From positions 37,392,680-37,456,679 of the forward strand of contig NC_068982.1 in assembly GCF_001194135.2 (NCBI RefSeq): a stretch of DNA of 64,000 bases, in the 5' to 3' direction. Position numbers and translations under genes: made by a program. Under the pieces are notes generated by a model that saw only the letters and a list, made by a program, of their open reading frames with translations, had not been told where the DNA came from and searched no databases. This DNA comes from Octopus bimaculoides (Eukaryota). This document shows positions 41,244 through 50,746 of this stretch, in pieces (positions within the stretch are counted from its first letter, which is position 1; the number at the start of each line of letters is the position of its first letter).

Positions 41244-41335
41244 CTAAAAAGTCCTATGCAAATAATGATGGCAGTGGATGCTGAACAACGGTCTGAACTT
41301 GAAGCTATGATAAAAGACTTGGAAGAAGAAAATAA
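41244..41335 (+). CDS. DMD: Dystrophin exon (second part of exon 74 equivalent; coiled coil 1; 92 nt, phase 0-2)
   Basis: ttttcattag acceptor, AA|gtatga donor; [30 protein letters not shown](K). Confidence 0.93.
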
Positions 41336-42702
41336 GTATGAAGTAACTTCTTTTTTTTTTTTGTTGTAAATTTTAATTGTGTTACCAGTATCATCAAGCC
41401 ATGTAGATTTTCAGGTCTATATCAATAGCATTTAACCAACAAAATTTTTGTTAATTACTTCATTTATCAGAATCACCAGATGTTTCCTCTTTGGGTTACT
41501 AATGATCAGTTGAATTAGACATCAGTTGGACCTGTTTTCACTGGTCCCTGTATTTTTATATGGTACTTTTCAACTGAATCCGTTAATCTGTGTTTCTAGT
41601 TTAAGAAAGTATACTTATCTTGGTCCATGCCTTACTTAACATTGAGAGTCCTCTGTCTTCACAACTTATTGCCCAAGTGTGCAATTTGCTCTTACTAAAG
41701 TCATTTTATTAATAAACCTTTTGGACATTAGTGGAAGTTTTCAATCAAGAAATATTTAATAGGGAAAATTCAAATATTCAGAACAGTTTCTTATTTTACT
41801 GTGTTAAATGAAGGGGTATAAACTGAATTATAATATATTTTTATTTTAAAAACTGAAAATAGTAGTTAGTCTTTTTTAATAGCATTATAATTGTACAAGT
41901 GAGGAGTGATAAACTCTGTAGAATAATAAGATATATTTCTTCTGTTGTTTAATTATATATCTTTATAACCTGAATTTAAATTTAACAAATTAGTTTTGCA
42001 TGTCAATCCTCTAGGAATGTTCCCCTGGGTCAAGATACTAGTACTGCATAGACACCTAAAACAATTAGCCAAGGCATGGTACATGCTACCAAGAAATACT
42101 CACTTGCAAATGATAGCTATAATTCGTTTATAACTCTTTTATCTATGTCTTTACTACTATATTGATGTTTCATGTGATATGTTGTGTGTTATTCTCTGTA
42201 GTAACAGATTGTGTAATCTTGATATCATATTTATGTCAGTCCTAATGTACTTATTTTTATTATCATTTTTTATACTTTCAATTCCTCAGTCATTATATTT
42301 AGTTTCTCTAAATCTTTGTCAAAAATATTTTCATCCACTGGGAATCAATATTTCTATTAACATGCTCTTTAACTATAATATTTGGATAGTTTACTTTTAT
42401 TTTATCAGTATATACAGCTATGTCCTTAATATTATTAGTCTGTCATTTTTAGCTACAGTGGTTGATATGTTTACACCACTTGTTTTTGTATCAGTTCAAT
42501 TTTGTCTGCATAGTTTCCCATGTACATACTTAACTACTTTGATATCTAAGACCTTTTTTCATGTATGGGAATGGTTCTTGATTGTCTATGTTACCTGTTT
42601 TGACTGACAGAGTATTGACCTGTCCAAAGAATGTCTTCTCATACTTCGTATGTGTATTTTGTGTGCAAGATTCTTGATGTGGATATGTGTGTTGAAAGAA
42701 AT

Positions 42703-43003
42703 ACAATTAAACCTTGGGAGAGGCATTATGCCGGTAATAAACACACGTACTGGTTCAGTCCTTTATTAATTTATATAGTTTTTTGTTAAATTATTTCATT
42801 GCACTCTTGCAATCTCTTCAGTAACTTGTCTCTCAACTTCCATTTATTTTATTTCAAAATAAATGGAAGTGGAGAGACAAGTTACTGAAGAGATTGCAAG
42901 AGTGCAATGAAATAATTTAACAAAAAACTATATAAATTAATAAAGGACTGAACCAGTGCGTGTGTTTATTACCGGCATAATGCCTCTCCCAAGGTTTAAT
43001 TGT
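42703..43003. repeat. 301-bp near-perfect palindrome (148-bp arms, 5-nt loop, 2 mismatches)
   Basis: Arms 42703-42850 and 42856-43003 compared base by base; loop atttc. Confidence 0.97.
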
Positions 43004-43514
43004 CTTCTCATACATTTACCTGTTATTACCTTTTCTTTTCAAGCACATTTTTATTCTATATTTCCTATTGTTTCCTTTTGATTTAGCAGCAATTTCTAGC
43101 TGTATTACATTGGCTTGTGATAAAACACATTTACAGTTAAGGTGAACCAATTATTTTCATTCAGAGAAGAGTTTACATTTATCACAATTTTCTGATTCTC
43201 TATATTTTCACTAAGATCTCTTGCTTAAACTTCTATCATTTGCAAAATTTATTTTAGTGTTATACTATATTTTTCTTTTACATATATCTGGCACTATTTA
43301 TTTGGTCCCACTTCTATCTGGTATCTCATTAATTTGCAAAGAATAAAGAAATCATTTCTATTTCATGCTAGCTTTTCCATTTTCAGTTTGGACCTTTTGC
43401 AATTCCTTAAAAAATTTTCTCCTCTTCTCACATCTATGTGGTTGTTACTTTATCCACTGTTGTATTTTTAAAGACTCTCTTTAGTATCATTATTTATTTA
43501 TTATTATTATTATC

Positions 43515-43660
43515 TAAGGTAACAAGCTAGTTGAATTGTTAGTGGGTTAGACAAAAAAATTATTGGTAGAATTTCTACCAGTTCTTTCTGTTCTGGGTTC
43601 AAATTCTGTCGAGATTAATTTCACCTTTCATCCTTTTGTGGTTGATAAAATAAGTCACAC
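43515..43660 (+). mobile_element. SINE of the aagg..agctggcagaa / gagttcaaattc family
   Basis: Box-B-like gggttcaaattc followed by ttcacctttcatcc..gttgataaaataag; other copies at ~23080, 49945, 50172 and 57280. Confidence 0.6.
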
Positions 43661-43774
43661 CTCTCTTTTTTAAATCCTTGTGTTAATCATTAATATCTTA
43701 GATTCCTATTTCCTCTCCCATACAAAACTAAAGCTTCATCTGTTATATAAGAAGTTATCAATTATTAACTTCAG

Positions 43775-44003
43775 AAATCTTCAAGCGGAATATGACAGAC
43801 TCTGTCAATCTCAAAATTCCCGCGAAAGTAGCCAAGGAAGATCTGATGAAGAGGCTGCTGCTAACAGAGATGCTGAGATGGTTGCTGAGGCTAAATTACT
43901 ACGACAACACAAAGACAGGCTTGAGGCACGAATGCGCATTCTTGAAGATCATAACAAACAACTTGAATCACAACTACAGCGACTGCGCCAACTTTTAGAA
44001 CAG
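43775..44003 (+). CDS. DMD: Dystrophin exon (exon 75 equivalent; coiled coil 2; 229 nt, phase 2-0)
   Basis: aacttcag acceptor, CAG|gtgagc donor; NLQAEYDRL...[45 protein letters not shown]. Confidence 0.96.
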
Positions 44004-44114
44004 GTGAGCAAAGTTTTTTAAAACAGATATTTTGTACAAAATATTCTCAGCAACTATTTTTGATATTGCTCTTGTTTTGAAATGATTTATTAAAAGTAAA
44101 TTAAACACTTTCAG

Positions 44115-44277
44115 CCACAACCAGATCGTAGTACAGTATCTGTCAATTCATCTGCTCGGACATCACCACTGACTACTCCATCTTCATCAGTCAGTTCCCT
44201 TCCCTGCGGTCCTGTTCGGTATCGTTTTAACATGCAAACAGAAACAACAACATCTTTGTCAAATGGTCGAGATCATT
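44115..44277 (+). CDS. DMD: Dystrophin exon (Ser/Thr-rich; exon 76 position; 163 nt, phase 0-1)
   Basis: actttcag acceptor after a 111-nt intron, T|gtgagt donor; open frame PQPDRSTVSVNSSARTSPLTTPSSSVSSLPCGPVRYRFNMQTETTTSLSNGRDH; phases fit both neighbours; low sequence conservation. Confidence 0.82.
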
Positions 44278-45006
44278 GTGAGTATTTTTTTTTTCTTATA
44301 CTTTGTCTATGCTGAATTATATATTTTGAAGAAATTATGTTCTTACTCACTATTCTAAATAGAATGCTATCTTTTACTTTAATATCTCCTTTAAAAAATT
44401 AAAGTTGCACTATCTAGCTGGGATGGGAAAAAAAACAAATATTAAAAAAAAACAGTAGTAAGTTCTTAGAATTTGGATTGTTTCAAATTATTTTAATATG
44501 AAGAAAAGCAACATAAATTCCTCAAGGATTTGGTTAAAACAACTCTATATTTTGTACATGTATATTAAATATATAAATTGAGTAGCTAACTAGTAATGAA
44601 TTTAACTACAGTTTTAATGGAGACTCACAGCTGGCTAAGTTAATAAGTGTCTAATTATATTATACATCAGTACCCTTAATAAAATCACTTGTTTTCTCAA
44701 TGTTCAGTCCATCTTACTTGTAAATAAGTACTAGGAAACATCGTTATAAAGTGTCTCTGTTGTAAGCTGTTGAGACACTTTATTGTGATGTTTCATTAGT
44801 CTGCATTGCTCAGATAACTGCTGTCAAGAAGACTATGAGGAAATCTTGTACACCATTATCTAAATCACTATATAAGAATGAAGCCTTTAGTGGTAGCTAA
44901 ATAATAGGTTACAAGGCATTGTAGTATCAATATTATATGTGAAAGTTAAATTATTTCTTACAAGTGCTGACATAACAACAGCTTCTTAATTGTTATTCTC
45001 TCACAG

Positions 45007-45084
45007 CAATTGATGGGGCACGCCATAAAAAAGAAGAAGAAATCATGCCTGAAATTCCAAGTCCACCTACTTATGAAGCACGTT
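45007..45084 (+). CDS. DMD: Dystrophin penultimate exon (78 nt, symmetric phase 1-1) carrying a PPTY motif
   Basis: Strong acceptor ttgttattctctcacag, consensus donor T|gtaagt; (S)IDGARHKKEEEIMPEIPSPPTYEAR(S); phases fit. I recognise no homology, so support is from splice signals and frame only. Confidence 0.75.
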
Positions 45085-45431
45085 GTAAGTAAAGAAAATT
45101 AATATTTCTTAATGTTTTGTTGTTGTTTTTATTTTGTGGGGTGGGGAGGGTTATAATTTAAATTTAAAAACCAGATTATTTAAATTCAGAAATTTAATTA
45201 TTTGCAAAAAAATTATATTAAAAACTTCCTTTAAATGTATTTTCATTTTATTAATTCTATTTTATATTTGAATCAGTTTGATTGTTGTTAATACGAGTCT
45301 CATATTTTCACCCATTATTTTTTGTTATTCAATGATGTTGAAATTATTCACAAGATAATACTTCTCGTATAAAGTCATTTAAATCTTAATACTGAATATA
45401 CTTTTTAAAGTAATTTTCTTTTTAATTGCAG

Positions 45432-45547
45432 CATCTAACAGTGTTGGCAACCTCTTCCATATGGCAGGCCAAGTTGGCAAAGCTGTTGGAACACTTGTGA
45501 CTGTCATGACAGATGAAGATGGTGTTGAGGAAGAATCCAAACAGTAA
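45432..45547 (+). CDS. DMD: Dystrophin last coding exon (ancestral hydrophobic C-terminus)
   Basis: tttaattgcag acceptor; SNSVGNLFHMAGQVGKAVGTLVTVMTDEDGVEEESKQ*, matching the human exon-78-skipped tail HNVGSLFHMADDLGRAMESLVSVMTDEEGAE. Confidence 0.94.
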
Positions 45548-47060
45548 ACTTACATCATGATCATGATGGTGTTTTCATCTTGGAAATTAAAATCCACAAT
45601 CAGAGAAAGCAGACAATGTTTCTGTTAGAAACGCATTGTTATATACTTTGATCCAAACTTTCAGTATCTAATGGAACCATTCTGTTGCTGCTCAAATCAA
45701 AATTTGTTGTCTAGTTTTAAGAGATTTAAACTAGAAAGAGTCTTCCATTCAATTTGACTAACAAACCCTGAAATATTAGTGCCACTGATGTATGTGATTA
45801 ATCAAATGTGACCATTTTCATTATCAATAACCTAAAGGAACTTCAAGCAATGAAGACATCTGTTTGTTTGTTTGTTTTTCTTTTAGTGATATATCAGGAC
45901 GTAGTTATGGTACTGAAATGATATTGAAAAATATTATTACTCCAGCAAGAATAAATATTGCTTTAAATTGACAACTACTGCTATCATAAACCCCATTACC
46001 ACTACCAACATTACTACTACTGTTACTAATATGTTTATCACTCCCACTTCTAAAAACAATGCACATCAATATTCTTGGTACTTTCACTTCCATCAAGCTA
46101 TTATAAAAATCCTACTGAGACAGCAGTTTAACTAATTTGACCAACTAAAGTAAAAAGAAAAGCCTTTAGCAATTTAATCTACCCTTCTGGTTGTTGCCAA
46201 AAAGCATAAAAGTTATGTGCCAAGATGAATGCATTAAGCTTTCTATTTTATGTTTCAAAAGTTAAAACCAAGTGTGGTTTTATATGATGCTATGAATGTG
46301 TGTAGGTTTCACACATACATTGTTTCCCAAAGTTATCCAAACTAATGTAAATTCTTGTGTATATTTTCGTAAAGAAAAAGCAGAGAATATTTTATAATGT
46401 AGGATTAAGAAAGAAAAATTAAACTGTTTGAAATATGATTACAATCCCATCTACTAAAACTACTTGCATTTTAGACCAAGCAAAGCTTTTAAACATCTTA
46501 AATCTTTTATTTAGTCAAGATTCAAGAGTTCTCAAAAGCTAAATGAATATTATGGATAGATTCATAATGTATCTTGGTAACTGCAATTAGAAATGATTTC
46601 TGCAAAGATATGGTGCAATTTATAGAAATCTAGCTTTTTTTTTTTTATTATTTAATTTTTTTTTTTTTTTTTTTCATCTAAATGTTCAAAAAATCTGACT
46701 GAAATAGTGTCTTCAGTCCTCGGAACTGGTGCTACTGTTACTATTAAAAGAATATATTTATGTTGTGTATATTGAGTCCTAATTGTTATTATATACGTAT
46801 GTTAAACACTGCTGGCACAGATAAGTTCACGTCATCAATGGCCCAAATATTCCAGTGGCAGTGTTGTGGCAACTAATGTTCTGTAGTGGCTGTCATGTCA
46901 GTCAGATGTATTCCCGCGAGTACACTCGGACAATAAGCAGCTTAACAACCTGAGCTTCATCCATTATCTGCACAAGGACGTGTGAAAAGAAACAAAATTG
47001 TCGTATATCTGACTAAAGCTCAGTTTTTATTGAAATAAAAAAGTTGATCTATTCTAATTA
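45548..47060 (+). other. Probable dystrophin 3' UTR
   Basis: Repeat-poor sequence after the stop; AATAAA at 45950-45955 and 47034-47039, the latter followed by a T-rich tract. The true end cannot be fixed without transcripts. Confidence 0.45.
47034..47039 (+). terminator. Candidate polyadenylation signal AATAAA
   Basis: Canonical hexamer with downstream T/GT-rich sequence. The hexamer is common by chance in DNA this AT-rich. Confidence 0.35.
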
Positions 47061-48154
47061 TTTTGTTTAAAGCATTTCATTTCTCTGTGATACAAACATT
47101 TTTTCTCCTTTATGTTGTATTTATTGAACTCTAGAAATATTGAACCTATTTCATTATATGCCATTTCTTATATCATTAAGTTTATTATTTTGTGAACTCC
47201 ATTGAGGAATGTAAGGTCCTAGTAATACCTGGTTTCAGTTTCCAGTTACAGCCGTTTCAGTTCAATTATGTTGCTAATGCTCTTGAAAAGGCCTAAATGT
47301 TATACTGCTCATTCTACTCTCCTTGGAATTTCTGACTTCATGCTTCTGTAGGAAATAATTGGGTAAGTAAGAAGCAGTAAAGTGATATTTAGTTGTGTCT
47401 GTTTACATTTTAAGTTGAAATTCCACTATATCAGCTTTGCCTTTCATCCTTACACAGTGAATCAAATGAGAATTAGATTTGTTTTAAGTCAGTTTCTGTG
47501 AATTATTTGCCTTCTACCTAATGTGTGGCCTTGTATCCATGTAATAAATCTATATTGTTATTGTCAGCAATGGTAAAGCATCAGACTAAAATATTTATCA
47601 GCATTTAGTTGTATCACCCCTTGACATTCTGACTCCAATTGAGTTGAACTTTACCTTTCATTTCTTTTGCATGTACTGGATTCATTTAATCAGTTATGTC
47701 CTTATGCAATTTGTGACCTTATGCCAATTAAAAAATATATAACGATGTGGAGGAAGAAATGGATCAGTAGTACCCAGTTGAAAAATACCTTACAGTATTT
47801 GATTTACATTCTGGGTCTAATTTCCATTAAGGATCATTTTATATATGTATCCCTCTGGGGTAAACATCTCAGATGATTCTGTGGCCTTGTGACAATCTAT
47901 TTAAATAATTATTACTAAAGCAGTAGACTGACACTAACTATGAACACTGAATAAAATACTTTGTGGTGTTCTATGGATACCCTTTTACATTCTGAGATGA
48001 AATCCAAGGTCAGTTCTGCCTTTTGTACTTCTGCAGTCAATAAAATGCAAATATCAATGAAGTACTGGAGCAACATAATTAACTACACTCCTCTCCCAAA
48101 CATTGTGATAAATTAGAAATCATTATTATTGTATGTAAAACAAATGAGTGGGAA

Positions 48155-48300
48155 ACTGGACTAGGTGCTTTATGATAACACATATGGTATCACACTGGAC
48201 TAGGTGCTTTGTGAGAGCTCATATGGTGCCTTACTATTCTTAGAACAAGTAAGTGGGGCACCAGACTTGGTGCTTTATGATAGCTCATATATGTGGTGCC
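48155..48300. repeat. Three imperfect copies of a ~37-39-bp unit
   Basis: actggactaggtgctttatgataacacatatggt at 48155, 48194 and 48260. Confidence 0.85.
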
Positions 48301-49379
48301 TGTTCTCAATTAAATCACATTACAGTTTCTGCTGAAGCTGATTGGTATTAATACATTGGGTTCATTTATATTATATATACCTTTTTTCTTAGAATGGATA
48401 ATGCCTCTAATCAAAAAGAAATCATTATGCCAGTTGCAGCCATTTCATTTATATGTTGCCAAATTACTTGAAGAAAAAGCACAGGCATCACAAAATTTGT
48501 ATCTTCACTGCTCCTGTAAATCTGAAAATTTTTTATGTAATAAATCCCTATCACTATTTATAGGGCAATGAAGTAGATAGGCAAAAAAAAAAAGAGACTG
48601 GAATATCTGGGTTCAAATTCGTAAAAGTCGAATTTGTGTTTTATGCACATATGGGCATGCATACATACATACACTTCAATGAATAAAATATAAGCAACAT
48701 ATTGAGAAAAACTTACTCAGCTTTAGCACTTTTCCATCTAGGAGAGAGGATATTGTTAATTAATCAGCCTACAGATTAGACTAAGTATTTTGTTGTTTTT
48801 TTTAATTTCATCTCATTTTGTTCCAAGTTCAAATCATTTTGAAGTGAATGAAATGTTCATATAATACTTTGGTCAATTTTTATCAACAATACTCTTTCTT
48901 TACAGCTTTTAGTTTTGTGCTTTGTGCAGAGTTTTGTGCTTTTGTGCAGACTTATTAGAGCATGAAACAAAATGTCTTGCATTATTCAGTTACAACTCTT
49001 CATATTCTGAGTTCAGCCCTGTTGAGATCAACTTTGCTTTTTGTCTTTCTGGGGGTTCAAATTCAAATTTCACTATTCATTGTGCAAATGACAGTATTAT
49101 TGGCAAATATCAGCATGGATCAGCAAAGTTTGCTGAAATTAGAAACAAGACCATCAGCTCTTGTTAGATTCATTGGTCTTGGTACTTCTGGTCGACAAGA
49201 CACAACATGTTGAAATATCAGTGTCCCAATATACTTTGTAAATACCTTGTACTAGTGAATCATGTTATGAACACATAGTTGTCATAAAGGAGAAGCTCTT
49301 CTCTTGTGACAAACACAACAGTGATAAGCATATCTGCATTCAAATAATATGCAAGTCATCATTTCAAATCTTGCTATCC

Positions 49380-50480
49380 ACTGTTCATATGATATATAAT
49401 AAAATAAAGTACCAGTCAAATACTGGGGTCAATGTAACCAACTAACCCCACTGCCTAAATTCCAGGTCTTATACTTACATTAGAAACAGTTATTACTATT
49501 AGTATCATTTACATTATTAGAGGACTAAAAGACAAAGAAAAAATAAATCCAGTAGAATATTAACTTAGTTATACTAATTTACATTCTGAGTTCAAATCAT
49601 GCCACAGCTGACTTTAGCTCTCTCAACCCCAACCATACCTCCAATAAAATAATTAACAAGTCAAGTACTAGAACTGATTAATTGACTAATCCTCCATCAA
49701 ATTTGTGAATTTGTGCCTAATTCAAAAATCATTATTATTATCCTGTAGGATTTTAATTCAGTTTTGTTGTTTTACATTCTGAGTGTAAAAATCCCACCTG
49801 AATCAACTTTGTCTTTCATTTGTATTTACTTGATATGTACCTGTGTTGATTTAATCAACTTTATCGCTTACCGGCAGATTTGTTGCCTTGTATCAATATA
49901 AAAAATCATCACCATCAATAATATTATTATTATTAATAATTATTAAGGCAGCAGACTGACAGAATCATTGCCGTGCCAGACAAAATGCTTAACAGTATTT
50001 CTTTCAGCTTTATGTTCTGAGTTCAAATTCTACCAAAGTCGACTTCACTTTTCATCCTCTCTGGATCACTAAAATTAGTACAAGTTATGCAATGGGGTTG
50101 ATGTAATCAACTAGTACCTTCCTAGCCAAATTTCAGGCTTTATGCCTATAGCCAAAAGAATTATTATTATTAAGGTAGCAAGCTGGCAGAATCGCTACCA
50201 CACTTGGTGGCATTTCTTTTGGTTCTTTTTGTTGTGAGTTCTGATTCCGCCAAGGTCAATGTTGCCATTAATCTTTTCAGGGTTGATAAAATAACCACCT
50301 ATTGAACATTGTGATCAAGGTAATCAACTTACTCCCACCAAATTGCAAGCCTTGTGCCTATTGTAGAAAGAATTATTATTATTATTATTTGAATGTTAAA
50401 ATATTGGAGAAAATACCTTGAAATCTTTTCTCTGGCTCTTTCCATTCTCTGTTCAAATCCTGCTAGGGTCAACTATTCTG
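49380..50480 (+). mobile_element. Head-to-tail array of about 5-6 copies of one SINE family joined by (ATT)n tails
   Basis: Best copies 49945-50171 and 50172-50389; each has ttctgagttcaaat-like, tttcatc, aatcaact and gcct..tgcct..agaattattatt segments. Confidence 0.75.
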
Positions 50481-50646
50481 TGGTTCCTGGAAAATATTAG
50501 AAAATAATATCAGATGGTAGCTTGAATGACTTCAGAGTGAATGATTTTTGCTCAGAAACTGTTAAAACTAATTGTCTAACTCAGAAACAAATATAAGCTG
50601 CAGAAAATATGTTACAACAATAGTACAGTGTGTGTGTGTATGTATG

Positions 50647-50652
50647 TATATA

Positions 50653-50745
<93 letters not shown>
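50647..50745. repeat. Long (TA)n microsatellite
   Basis: Directly visible; source of the YIYI ORFs. Confidence 0.97.

Positions 50746-50746
<1 letters not shown>

Larger units (their letters stand above)
1502..45547 (+). other. DMD: Dystrophin gene, 3' part (12 coding exons; 5' part lies upstream of the window)
   Basis: All 12 exons have AG/GT boundaries and matching phases. The summed length is 1433 nt = 2 + 477 codons including the stop. The product carries dystrophin hallmarks: [44 protein letters not shown], a ZZ finger, [16 protein letters not shown] and [36 protein letters not shown]. The hydrophobic tail argues for dystrophin over dystrobrevin. Confidence 0.95.

Noticed and set aside
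46790-46875. Minus-strand peptide LPQHCHWNIWAIDDVNL resembling a reelin/BNR motif
   Set aside because: Bounded by in-frame stops, weak acceptor, no donor, and no other reelin-like exon nearby; treated as coincidence.
48155-48300. CRISPR-like repeat-spacer look
   Set aside because: Eukaryotic context, only three degenerate units, one junction has no spacer, and no cas genes.
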